Assembly: GCA_963728405.1 (NCBI GenBank)
Contig: CAVSJV010000005.1
Location: 128,001 to 192,000, forward strand
DNA length: 64,000 nt
From: Methanomassiliicoccaceae archaeon
GTDB taxonomy: Archaea > Thermoplasmatota > Thermoplasmata > Methanomassiliicoccales > Methanomassiliicoccaceae
Reading direction: 5' to 3'
Below are positions 50,567 through 61,358 of this stretch, in pieces. The position numbers were made by a program, and so were the translations under genes. Each line of letters opens with the position of its first letter. The stretch's first letter is position 1. The notes under the pieces were generated by a model. It was not told the DNA's origin, made no database searches, and worked only from the letters and a program-made list of their open reading frames with translations.

Positions 50567-50872
50567 TTACCGCGTGCCCTTCTTGCCCACGCTCTTGTTG
50601 TAATTGTTGACGATGTTGTTCATATAATCGGCCAGCAACTTTTGCCTTTCCCAGTCCTTGGTCAGCGGTCCTTCGAGCGGGAACTCGGTATCACACCGAA
50701 GGCAACGAGCCAGCTGGCAACCGAAAGCACCCTTCTTGCAGCCCTTGCAGGCGATGGCTCGTGACTGGAACAATGAGAACTCCAGGCCGCAGTTCGGGCA
50801 CTTTATCTTCTTGGTGGTCTTCATAAGGGCGGGCGTGATGCCTTGTTCCCTCATATGATCGGTCAGTACCAT
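50567..50872 (-). CDS. Small Cys-rich (Zn/Fe-S) protein
   Basis: CPNC, CKGC, C, CLRC: 7 Cys in 101 aa. Confidence 0.75.
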   Translation of the reverse strand: MVLTDHMREQGITPALMKTTKKIKCPNCGLEFSLFQSRAIACKGCKKGAFGCQLARCLRCDTEFPLEGPLTKDWERQKLLADYMNNIVNNYNKSVGKKGTR

Positions 50873-50935
50873 ATTTTCAGCTCCGGCGTCACGAATATCC
50901 AGTTACCGTTAATAAGACTTTGGTGAATTTCCCCC

Positions 50936-51739
50936 TTATTCCTCCAGGTCGTTCTCTCGAGGCTCAAAATTAGGTGGGAAGATGGCCCCCCATCGGAGGA
51001 ACGGTTTGTAAGGATAGGAGGCAACAGGCTCTGTGTTCCTGAGGCCCTCCATGAGCTCGTCGATCCTCGAAGCGGGGAAGACGATGAGGACCTCGAACTC
51101 CTGCACCAGGCCGTAGGCTCGGTCACCCATGCAAGGCACGTCCACGGTAACCACGCCCTCGTCCATGGCGCGGGCGATGCCCGAGCAGAGCGAGGCCTGG
51201 CCGGTCATCTTGGTCACTATTGCCTCTCCTTTCTCATAGGCGAAGGCGATGATCAGGCGCAGCACCCTGGCCGGGGACAGGTAGATGGCGATGACGTCCG
51301 GTTCGAAGGGGGCGAGGTCCAGGGGGGCCACGACCACTCCTTCGTACATTTTGCCCCTGTTGCCTAGCATGGTCATGTTCTCATGGAGCCTCTGCGCCGC
51401 CGGTACGTCCTGAACGTACGGGAGGTTCAGATCCCCCTCGGCCAGCCTGGTCGGGGTCTTGCAGAGGCCCAGGCAGGCCGCTCCCCAAAGACATTTGGTC
51501 CCCTGACTGGAGGCGCCCACCACGCCATCCTTCCGGTTGTAACGGGCGATAGCGACCATATGGCAGGGCGTGGTGTTGGTCAACAGTCTCGCCTCATTGT
51601 AATCGATAAGCTCCCGTGCCAAGGGCAGAAGCTTGATGGCCACGGGGTAAGCGGGAAGGCATACTAGGTCCCTCAGCTCCTTGGTCAGGGCCTTCCAATC
51701 CTTCCCGGGCATAGGTGGTTGATGGTACTTCGGATTCAT
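50936..51739 (-). CDS. DUF169 domain protein
   Basis: PVAIKL, PCHMV..AR, C..GAA.LG, APL....EPDV, A.LC, PC.GDR. Confidence 0.8.
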   Translation of the reverse strand: MNPKYHQPPMPGKDWKALTKELRDLVCLPAYPVAIKLLPLARELIDYNEARLLTNTTPCHMVAIARYNRKDGVVGASSQGTKCLWGAACLGLCKTPTRLAEGDLNLPYVQDVPAAQRLHENMTMLGNRGKMYEGVVVAPLDLAPFEPDVIAIYLSPARVLRLIIAFAYEKGEAIVTKMTGQASLCSGIARAMDEGVVTVDVPCMGDRAYGLVQEFEVLIVFPASRIDELMEGLRNTEPVASYPYKPFLRWGAIFPPNFEPRENDLEE

Positions 51740-51856
51740 TATTCTGTTGGCTCACGCCGCGTCTGGGAGCGAGGGTTTATCTCTCGAAAAGCTACTGGGG
51801 GTGCATCCTTATATACCCATGGGGATGGCCCGATAAGGGATTCGGGCAAACGGAGG

Positions 51857-54800
51857 ATGCACATCATGGTAGATTCAATCAGTGACCAGCCGCTGCCAGG
51901 CCCAGAGGCTGAGCAGAACGTTTTCGAAGATCATATAGCGCTTATCTATGAGACCGCTGAGGAGCGTCTCGCGGCTATCACTCCCTTGATCAAGGTCGGT
52001 CTGGAGAAAGGAGAGCTTTGCCTCTATATATCTAATGACGAGAACGACCGAGGCATCGTCGAAGCGCTCAAGGCCGAGCACATAGACGTGGAAAAAGCCG
52101 TAGGCACCGGTGGATTGATCCTGACCAGTAAGAAGGAGATGTACTTCAAGCTGGGACGGTTCGATCCCGACTGGACCATCCGGGTGCTCAATAACATTGC
52201 CGACCTCGCCAAGTCCTATGGTTTTACCGCTATGCGTATCATGTCGGAGATGACCTGGACCCAGGAGAAGGTCCCGGGGGTGGAGCGCTGGCCGGAGTAT
52301 GAGGCCAAGATGAACTCGCTCAATGTGGGAATATCTCTCCGCATCATATGCCAGTATGATCGAAACGCTTTCCCTCCCGAGGCCATGTTGGCGGCCATCC
52401 GGACACACCCCAAGGTGGTGTCCCAGGGTTCGATCAGCAAGAACTCCTTCTACAGTTCCGGCCGATCGGCTGCTCAGCGGCGACTTTGCCGCTCTGGAGC
52501 TGGAGCGCATGCTGGATAGCATCCGTCTGTCCAACAGCTCCGAATCCGAGCTGCAGAACCGGGACCAGCTCATCGACCAGATGCGCAAGCATGTGGAGAC
52601 CACCAACGCCGCCAAAAGGAAAGTGGAGCTGGCGTTGGAAGAATCCCGCCGCCGCTTCAGCGAGTTCGCTGAGAGGTCTTCCGACTGGGCTTGGGAACTG
52701 GACGAGCATGGCGCCTATACCTATTCATCGCCGCGGGTCAAGGACATCCTAGGCCTGCAGCCCGAGGAAGTGTTGGGCCGGACCACTCTGGACCTGGTGT
52801 CCCAGGAGGAAGCTGACCGGGTGTCGGCCATCCTGACCAGGACCATGGAATCCCGCGCCCCCATCACCGCATTGGAAAAGGAGATGCGACCACAAGGATG
52901 GCCATGCGGTCTTCTTGGAGATGAACGGCACGCCCCTTCTCGATCGGGAAGGCAACTTCGTTGGCTATCGTGGCATCGACCGGGACATCACCGGTCGGAA
53001 GACCGCTAAGTTCGCCATCGATGAGAGCCGTAAGCGGACTGAGGAATCGGTGGCCGAGGTCCAGGCCAGGGATCTAAGGATCCATGGTTTGGAGGAAGCG
53101 ATCTCCCAATTGAGGGCCGCACAGGCCGACCGGGACGCCGCACTGACCTCTATCAAGGAGACGTTGAAGGCGAGCCAGCTGGAGCTAACCAGGGCCGGAG
53201 AGGACCTCGGGCGACTGCGCGACGCGCTCCGTTCTCGAGAGGAGGAGATCGCGGCGACCCAAACCTCGGTGGAGAAACACCGCTCCAGTTTGACACTCCT
53301 GCAACAGAACCTCGTGGACAAGGAGGTCGAGCTTTCGTCAATGCGCGCCGATTTGGAACAGGCCAGGGGTCAATATCGGGAGAAGGACGCGGCGTTAAAC
53401 GAGATCACAGCCAGCTACAAGGTGCAGGCCCTGGAGCTGATCGCCGCCCGCGGCTCCCTAAGCGGTATGGGAGAAGGCATCAACCGGAAGGAGGAAGAAC
53501 TGGTCACACTCCACCAGCAGATGGATCGGATGGAGATCGAGCTCCGGGATGCTAAGCAGGCGTTCGTGTCCAAGGCGGGGGACCTGGTGCAGGCCCAGGA
53601 CCGAGTAAAGCAGCTCAGCGATGCGTTGGACCTGAATGCCCGAGAGATGACCAAGGGGGCCGAGGAGATCCAGGCCAAGGACGCCACTCTAGCCGAGACG
53701 CTGGCCGCGGTGAACGCCCTGCAGATCACACTGAACTCCCGGGAGAAGGAACTGGGGGCGCGCCAAGAGGAAGCTCGCGAGGCCACTGAATCTCTCGCCA
53801 GCACGAAGGCCGAACTGGCCGTCAAAGAGGCCGCCCTGGTCGAGACCATCGCCCTGTACGAGGGGGCCAAGGCAGACCTGGCCTTCCGGAGCGAGGAGGC
53901 CCAGCAGCTCAGAGAGGCCCAGGAGCTTCTGGAAGGGCAGAAGGATCAGCTCATCCAGCTGGTACAGGAACGTGATTCCGACCTGGTCGTACAACAGACC
54001 GCCACCGCCCGCGTCGCTAGCGAGCTAAAGGCCAAGGAGGAGGCTCTGCAGGCCCTAGGGGTCCGATTGGCCGAGACGGAGCATGCTCGGGTGGGGCAGA
54101 TGGCCCTGGCCGAGCAGCGCAGCCTTGATCTGGATCTGAAGGTAGAGGAGCTGGCCGCTTTCAAGAGATCGACGGCAGAAATGGAGAACGACATCATCGC
54201 ATTACGGGTCAGGTTCGAAAAGCTGCGTCTGGACCTCGTAGCCCAGGATGCCGTGGTCTTCGGTCTCCGGGAAGCATTGGCCAGGCGGGACGCAGAGGAC
54301 GACGTCAAGCTGGCTGGAGCGAAAGCAGTGAAGGATGCGATGGCAGCTACCGAGGCGGAATCCCTGAGGCTAAGGCGAACAGTCGACCTCCTGGGGAGCG
54401 AGCTTTGTGCCGCCCGCGCGGCTCTGGGCGGCCGGGATGCCGAGCTGCTGGTCAAGCAGGAAGCGCTCTCAGAAAGCAATGATCGTTACCAAGCCATCTT
54501 CGAGCAGGCCGGGGCGGGCATAGCTCGCGTTGGTCTGGATGGCCGTTTACTAGAGGCGAACGACAAGTTCTACGATCTGTTCGGATATACGGCCCAGGAC
54601 CTGGAGGGAAAGACCTTCCGAGACATCACCCATCGCGATGACCTGGCCGAGAGCGCGCTGATGTATCAGCAGCTGGTCAGCGGGGAAGTTAGCTCGGTAT
54701 CGGCCATGAAGAGGTATGTCCGCAAGCTCGGCTCGACCGTCTGGGCCAATGTCACCATGTCCTCGGTCCGGGACGCCCAAGGGAGCCCGCGATACATAAT

Positions 54801-56171
54801 GGCCATAGTCGATGACCGGACCGACCAGATGTTGGCAGAGCTCGCACTCAAGGAGAAGGAGGACAGGGAGAGCGAGGAAACGTTGCAAGAACGTCATCGA
54901 GAACGCGCCGGAAGGTGTTTGGGTCCTGGACATCGAAGGAAAGACGACCTTCGTCAACCAGCGGGTCGCTGCTATGCTTGGCTATGCGCCGGAGGATCTG
55001 ATGGGCCAGCCGGCATCTAGGTATATGAACTCCCAATGGATGGAGCAGCAGGAGAACGATCCTGAGAGCTTCGGGAACGAGGTTCGGTTCACTCGCAAGG
55101 ATGGGACCGACCTGTGGGTCATCATCTCTTCCATTCCTATTCTGGACCAGGCGGGGCTTAGCAAGGGCGCCATCGGCCTGGTCAACGACATCACCGCACT
55201 GAAGGCCAAGGAGGTCCTGGCCGAGGCGTCTCGGTCCGCGACCTTGAAGGAAGCGGCCCTGCTGAAGGCGATGATCGGCGCAATTCATTCGCCGTTCGCA
55301 GCGGTGTCCCCCGATGGCCGGGTCGTCATGGCGAGCGCGACGCTGGAGCGCCTGCTGGGAATGTCGGGACTGGAGGGCCGTCTTATCGGCGAGGTGGTCC
55401 CGTCACCGGACCTCGGTGCCACGTTCAGGACCAAGGTCACGGTCGATGGTCGGGAGAAGGAGCTGGAAGTTGTCCCGTCGCCACTGGATTCAGGGGAAGG
55501 AACGGTCCTCACGTTCGTTGAGGTCGTGAAGATACCGGAGGTGGCGAAGAGCGAGGCCAGGAGCATGCCCTCGGAAAGCCTAGCTCATGATCTCAACAAT
55601 TCTCTTACCGTCATCATGGGCAGCGTTTCCCTGGCCAAGGAGTACGTCATCCCCGAAGGGAGGATGTACAACAAGCTGATGCAGATCGAGAGCGCCTCGG
55701 TCACCGCCCGGGACCTAGCAAGCCGCATGATGGCCACGGCCAAGGGGGGCCCGGCGGGCGAAGCGGCCATCCCTGGGCCGTCCACCCCCATGGTCAAGGG
55801 AAAAGGCAAGGTGCTGCTGATGGACGATGACGAGAGCATCCTGGAGGCCACCGGTGATCTCCTTCGGTACCTGGGTTATACCGTTGACGTAGCCAGGGAC
55901 GGGGAGGAAGCGCTGACGATGTGCAAGGAAGCACAGGATGCCAAGCAACCGTTCGAGCTAGCCATACTCGATCTGGAAATCGCTGCGGGAATGGGTGGGA
56001 TAGAGGCCGGGCAGAGGCTCCGGGCCGATCACCCCGGCCTCAGGCTGATCATCTCTAGCGGATACGTCACCGACCCGGTATCGACGGGATTCGCTGCGGC
56101 GATCCCCAAGCCCTATGCCGCCGACGTCCTATCAAATGTCGTAGCCAGCGTCCTCGCCTCCCGGACCGTAG
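51857..56171 (+). CDS. Giant MEDS-PAS-coiled coil-PAS-PAS-HisKA-REC signalling protein (frameshifts near 52455, 52900 and 54885)
   Basis: MEDS (HIALIYE, GL..GELCLY, YEAKMN, ICQYD...F...IRTHP); PAS with DIT ends; about 490-aa heptad region; AHDLNN H-box; REC VLLMDDD...ILDL...KPY. The 3' end is uncertain (the ORF runs to 56311). Confidence 0.8.
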
Positions 56172-56210
56172 GGCAAAACCTATTACTTCCCCATGTCATC
56201 CAGAGCGCCG

Positions 56211-57683
56211 ATGCCCCTGCTTCAGAGGTTGAAGATATCCATCGCCCGGCGCAGGCTGACCTCCTTGAAGGTGGAGGGAAACGGAAATCCCCTGGAAGAG
56301 TGGATACATAACAAGATGCGGAAGGAGTTCAAAGAGTCCAGGGAGTTCCGCGGTTCGATCGGCAGGGCGGAGTTCGGGGAGATAAGCAGACAGGACGTTC
56401 GGGAGTTCCAGCTGCACCGACTCCGGCAGCTGATGACATACACGATCGAGAATTCATATTATTACAAGAGGAAGTTTCAAGAGGCCGGTGTCCGGCCTGA
56501 GGACATCCAGACTTGGGATGATCTGGATAAGATCCCCATGACCGATCCGGCCGACCTGGCGGCCGAGCCGCTCACATTCCTATGCGTCTCGCAGAGCAAG
56601 GTCATGAGGGCATTCACCACCTCCGGGACGTCAGGAACCAGGAAGCGTCTGTTCTACACCCAGGACGACGTGCTCAACATCATCGACTCCATCGCTGCCG
56701 CGCTCAAATCGGTAGGCATGTCCGGCGACGACACCCTGCAGATCATGTTCCCTGCGGTGTCGGCCTGGGACCCCGGCCTTATGCTGGACGGCGCCTGTAA
56801 GGTCGCCGGTATGCGCTCGGTGGTGTGTAGCGCTGTCGACGTCGATGAGCAGGTAAGGATGATGCGAGAGCAGGGCACCAGGCTGATGATCGGACTCACC
56901 TCGTTCCTTTATCGCATCACCGTGCTGGCCAAGGACAAGTATGACCTGAGGGCATTCGGCATGAAGGCCATCATCTGTTCGGCGGAACCGCTGCCAGAGG
57001 CGATGCGTCGCGAGATGCAGGCGGCCTGGGGTTGCAAGGTGCTCAGTCACTTCGGCATGACCGAGATGGGGTTGGCCACATCGATCGAGTGCGAGGCGGC
57101 GGACGGGTTGCATATCAACGATGCCGACTTCCTGGCCGAGGTCATCGATCCGGTCACCGGCAAGCATTTGCCGGACCGGCAGCAGGGCGAGCTGGTGTTC
57201 ACCTCCTTGTCTATGCAGGGCACCCCCCTGATCCGTTACCGCACCCACGATCTCTCGTTCACTATCGAACCGCCCTGCCATTGTGACTTCCGCACGATCG
57301 GCCGCATGGGTAAGGTGCAGGGCCGCATGGACGCCCAGACCAAGATCGGCTATGGGCAGAAGATCTACCCGGTGCTGTTCGACGAGGCCTTGCTGAGCAT
57401 TCCGGGGGTGATCGCTTACAGGCTCTCGCTGGAAAAGGACGGATACCGCGATAGACTGACCTTCATAGTGGAGTACAAGGGCGATCCCGTGACCGGTCGG
57501 GAGAAGATCTTCGATGCGCTGATAGCGCTCGACGAGATCAAGGATGCCCTGGAAAACGATCTCATCCTGCCGCCGGTGATCGAGCTGGTCGCTGCGGGAA
57601 GTGTGACGTTCGCTCCGAAGAACAAGGTCATCGAGGACCATCGGGGCGGGTACGACGGGGCGGCCGAGGCGAAAGCTTCTTGA
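56211..57683 (+). CDS. AMP-dependent CoA ligase (phenylacetate-CoA ligase-like, DVU_1553-type)
   Basis: LEEWI, FQL.RL, FLCVSQ, TTSGTSG.RKR.FYT..D, SAEPLP, HFGMTEMG, GELVFT, PLIRYRT.D, GR. Confidence 0.85.
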   Translation: MPLLQRLKISIARRRLTSLKVEGNGNPLEEWIHNKMRKEFKESREFRGSIGRAEFGEISRQDVREFQLHRLRQLMTYTIENSYYYKRKFQEAGVRPEDIQTWDDLDKIPMTDPADLAAEPLTFLCVSQSKVMRAFTTSGTSGTRKRLFYTQDDVLNIIDSIAAALKSVGMSGDDTLQIMFPAVSAWDPGLMLDGACKVAGMRSVVCSAVDVDEQVRMMREQGTRLMIGLTSFLYRITVLAKDKYDLRAFGMKAIICSAEPLPEAMRREMQAAWGCKVLSHFGMTEMGLATSIECEAADGLHINDADFLAEVIDPVTGKHLPDRQQGELVFTSLSMQGTPLIRYRTHDLSFTIEPPCHCDFRTIGRMGKVQGRMDAQTKIGYGQKIYPVLFDEALLSIPGVIAYRLSLEKDGYRDRLTFIVEYKGDPVTGREKIFDALIALDEIKDALENDLILPPVIELVAAGSVTFAPKNKVIEDHRGGYDGAAEAKAS

Positions 57684-57708
57684 CCACTATGCCGTTTCAA
57701 TGGGCCGC

Positions 57709-58299
57709 ATGAAGGCCGGGGTCATCGCCGTCCAGGGGGCTGCCCCTGAGCACGTCAAGGCGCTGCAGAACGCCATGATCGGGCTGGGCATAAAGGGGAG
57801 CGTCATCACCGTCAGGAGGCCAGAGGAACTGGCCCAGATCTCCTGCGTGGTGATACCGGGAGGAGAGAGCACAACCATCTCCAAGCTCCTCCGCCGTTTC
57901 GAGCTCCACGAGCCATTGGTCAAGAGGGGTCTGGAGGGCATGCCCATCATGGGCACCTGCGCTGGATGCGTCCTTCTGGCCAAAGAGGGCGACCTAGAAG
58001 TGGAGAAGACCGGCACCAGGCTTCTGGACCTCATGGACATGGGCGTGGACCGCAACGCATTCGGCCGGCAAAGGGAAAGCTTCGAGGCCCCCCTTGATAT
58101 CAAAGGGTTGAGCGCGCCATTCCCAGGGGTGTTCATCCGCGGACCGGTCATCCGAAAGGTCTGGGGTGACTGCGAGGTGCTGGCCAGCTACGGTGACAAG
58201 ATCGTGATGGCCAGGCAAAATAACATCATGGCCCTCAGCTTCCATCCTGAGCTATCCGGCGATGCCCGGATACACGAAATGCTGCTGTCCCTGGTCTGA
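57709..58299 (+). CDS. pdxT: Pyridoxal 5'-phosphate synthase glutaminase subunit
   Basis: QGA..EH, IPGGESTTI, GTCAG, RNAFGRQ.ESFE, VFIR.P, FHPEL. Confidence 0.96.
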   Translation: MKAGVIAVQGAAPEHVKALQNAMIGLGIKGSVITVRRPEELAQISCVVIPGGESTTISKLLRRFELHEPLVKRGLEGMPIMGTCAGCVLLAKEGDLEVEKTGTRLLDLMDMGVDRNAFGRQRESFEAPLDIKGLSAPFPGVFIRGPVIRKVWGDCEVLASYGDKIVMARQNNIMALSFHPELSGDARIHEMLLSLV

Positions 58300-58302
58300 T
58301 GC

Positions 58303-59038
58303 TCAGGACTTGATCGCCCTGATGATGCTCTCCAGTCGGCTGGCGTAGTTGCCGTTCTCAACGACCGTGCCGGTCACCACAATGTTGGCCCCGGCGTTCT
58401 TGGCTCGGGCCGCGGACTCTGCATCCCTGATGCCCCCACCGACCAGCAAGGTAACTGTCGATGGCCGCTCTAACGGTCGTTATCATGTCCTCCGGAACCG
58501 GTTGCGGTGCGCCGCTGCCTGCCTCGAGATACACATATTCCATGCCCAGGTACTGAGCGGCCAGCGCGTAGGCGGCCGCGATCTTGGGCTGGTCTCTGGG
58601 TATGACATCCGCTTCTCCGACCTCGCCGACCTTCATGCCTGGGGCGACAATGACGTACCCCATCGACAGCGGCTCTAGGTTCAGCTTCCGGACGATCGGT
58701 GCTCCCATGATCTGCTCACCGATGACCATCTTGATATTCCGGGAGTTCAGCATGCTCATGAAGAAGATAGCATCGCTATAAGGTGAGATCGCGTTCGCTC
58801 CCGACGGAAAGTAGATGACCGGTACCTTGACCTGAGCCTTGATCGCCAGCACAGTCTGGTCCAAGTTCTGCTGGGTCACACCGGTGGAACCGCCGACCAT
58901 TATGGCGTCGGTCCCCAGGTCGTTGGCGACCTTGGCGATCTCCCCAGCCCGGGAAGGCTCTTGCTTGGCCGGGTCGATCAGGGTCATGTGGAGCGCCCCC
59001 TTCTTCATCTTCTCCTTAAGGATCTCTTTCACGGTCAT
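58303..59038 (-). CDS. Geranylgeranylglyceryl phosphate (GGGP) synthase (frameshift near 58455)
   Basis: HMTLIDP, IMVGGSTG, FP, SMLNS, YLEAGSGA; shifted frame LVGGGIRD...AGANIVVTGT.VE...AIKS*. Confidence 0.92.
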
Positions 59039-59851
59039 AGCAAACCTCCCAACAAGAACGCTATCAGGGCCACGAGCATCCCATACTTGGCCCATCTCTG
59101 CCCCTGCTTGGGATTTCGAAAATGAACTATGGAGCAGTATATAAATATTGCATCGGCAAACAATACTGCCACCAGATACTCTATTCCAAAGATGCCCAGG
59201 ACCACCGGCTCGAAAGAAAGGGAAACGGCGATCAGGAAGGCAGCGCTGGCCACGATCCCGGCGTTGCGGGCACCTATCCTTTGTGGTAGGGTACGCCGGT
59301 CAAAGTCGGAGCCCATGTCCTGGACTGTCCTTGACGATCTCTCGTCCCAAGGTGGCCAGGAATGCCATCAGGCCTATGGCCACGGTCGACTCGACCTTGC
59401 CCACGACCGCACCACCTAAGAGGAACAGGGCCCCGGTGAGCCAGGCGATAGAGAGGTTGCCAGTCAGCCCCAGCTTCTTCGTCTTGAATTCATAGGCTAG
59501 TATGACGCCGATGGCCGATGCCACGATAAGGAACGAGATCCAATCAAGGAGTACCGACAAGGCGAATGCCAGGACGAACGAGGCGATGGAGATGTTGCGG
59601 GCGGTCTCCGGTCTTATCCGGCCAGATGGTATGGGCCTCTCCGGATGGGCCTGTTTATCGACCTCCCGGTCCAGGTAGTCGTTCAGGGAGTTGCCCCCCA
59701 CGATGAACATGAAGACCACAGCGGCGGCGATGATCAGATCGGCAGAATCGTTGACTATATCAGTACCCTGGGCCACCAGGGTCCCTAGGATGAGGCCTAC
59801 CACACCCATTACGCAGTTGCCGATACGGATCAGCTGGATGTACCTGTTCAC
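59035..59851 (-). CDS. Digeranylgeranylglyceryl phosphate (DGGGP) synthase, UbiA family (frameshift near 59325)
   Basis: LIR..NC, GN..NDY.D.E.D...HP.RPIPSG, REIVKD..D...D..R.TLP; adjacent to GGGPS. Confidence 0.92.
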
Positions 59852-59903
59852 GTGGGTCGATTAATGTGGGCCTAATAATTCTTTTCCATTGCATCCCCAA
59901 GGT

Positions 59904-60458
59904 TCACCCTGTTCTCCTCCTGGTGATTACCGCAGGGACCCGTGGCTTGTCTTTGACCCGTTTATCGCGGTCCGGTATAGTTAGGAGCAATGGGGCCATC
60001 CTGTCATAGTCCAAGCCCCTCTCCGTCATCAGGTCCTCCTCCACGTACACCCCGGCCACATCGGCCATGATCCAGTTATGGTCCCTCATCTCGATGATAT
60101 CGTTCAAACGGCACTCCATGTAGAGCGGGGACTCCTCTATCAGGGGGGCAGTCTCCAGGTCTCGATAGGTCACCTCGAATAGTTTGGACTTGTCCACATC
60201 CCTGCCGGAGACCATGCCGCAATAGTCCGCCCTCTCCGTCATCTCCAAAGAAACGATGTTCACTGAGAAAGTTCCGTTCTCCATTATCCCTTCCAGAGTA
60301 TGTCGCTCCCGGCCGATCGATATCCCGATGATGGGTGGTTCGGCGTTCATCATACTGAACCAGCCCACCGCCATGAAGTTCGCCCGGCCCTCGACGTTCG
60401 CCCCGACAAGGACCATCGGGAAAGGATAGGTCGGTCTTCCGATCTTTATCTTCGTCAT
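59904..60458 (-). CDS. Flavin reductase family protein (C-terminus looks aberrant)
   Basis: YPFPMVLVGANV.GRANF, DYCG.VSG..VDK, AP.IEE.P..MEC; paralog of 39877-40446. Confidence 0.82.
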   Translation of the reverse strand: MTKIKIGRPTYPFPMVLVGANVEGRANFMAVGWFSMMNAEPPIIGISIGRERHTLEGIMENGTFSVNIVSLEMTERADYCGMVSGRDVDKSKLFEVTYRDLETAPLIEESPLYMECRLNDIIEMRDHNWIMADVAGVYVEEDLMTERGLDYDRMAPLLLTIPDRDKRVKDKPRVPAVITRRRTG

Positions 60459-60653
60459 ACTGGTCTCCAGACCCGGCCGTACGCATTGGTCTGTCCGGCC
60501 GAGGTCACTTAATATACAGCAATCATGGTGAATAATACAATTGGCCCACCCATAACCGATCCAGCGGAACCATACCTTTTTTCCTTAACAGAAACATCGG
60601 ATAGGCGATAGGGCATGATCGGCCGCGGCTGGTCCGTGGAAATTGCTCTCCTG

Positions 60654-61253
60654 CTACGATCGCCGGAAGGCCGCCCCGAACTGCCTCTCCTCAAGCTCCA
60701 GCATCGCCTTCATGTCTGCGGGCAGGCGGCGTATCGAATGCTGGCATTGAGGGCTGCAGGGAACGGAGAACGCCTTGGGGTTTGTCTTCGGCCAGTACTT
60801 TGCTCGATGGCCATTATAGAGGAACCGGACCTCCAGGACCATGTTCTCGTAGGCGCCGCATTCATCGCCGGGGACCTCGGCGTCGCCCGCTAGGTACACC
60901 TGGACGCGCTTCTCTCCTTCTTCCATGAGCCGGCGGCACAGGCCTCGGACGTACCATGTGTTGAACTCCTGATGGGCCAGTGCATGGGCGGCGCGAAGGG
61001 GTTCGGTCTTTCTCACTCCGCCCAGGGGTGAGGGCTCGTACTCCGACCAAAGCTCTCCTGGCTCCAGGTTCGTGGCCAGTGAGTTCTCGCTGCCGGTGGA
61101 TATGGCCCGTTCCATGATCTCCAGGAATCGGCCCCGCCCCATGGCCGATAGGCTCGGACTCCGGTAGGGGCCTCTGGTCTCCTCCTCCCGAAGCTCGACG
61201 AGCATCCACCGCCTCGTTTCCTCGTCCAGGTCATCGTAGCGCATGAGCACCAT
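60654..61253 (-). CDS. Conserved hypothetical protein
   Basis: LDE.TR..M..E, Y.S..L...G, LA..EFN.WY.RGLCRR, VP..P.C.HSIRR blocks; coding-like codon usage. Confidence 0.7.
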   Translation of the reverse strand: MVLMRYDDLDEETRRWMLVELREEETRGPYRSPSLSAMGRGRFLEIMERAISTGSENSLATNLEPGELWSEYEPSPLGGVRKTEPLRAAHALAHQEFNTWYVRGLCRRLMEEGEKRVQVYLAGDAEVPGDECGAYENMVLEVRFLYNGHRAKYWPKTNPKAFSVPCSPQCQHSIRRLPADMKAMLELEERQFGAAFRRS

Positions 61254-61358
61254 CCGAATCGCCCTGGGAACTATAGAATCTTGCCTTGATTGGAGCGTTC
61301 GGATGCTGAATGGGCGTTTCCGGTGACTATAAATGCGTTAGCCCGATTGTGGGCAACG

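Noticed and set aside
56172-56311. Overlap of the sensor ORF with the CoA ligase as a real overlapping-gene arrangement
   Set aside because: The receiver domain is complete by about 56160. The extension is probably a lost stop caused by an indel.
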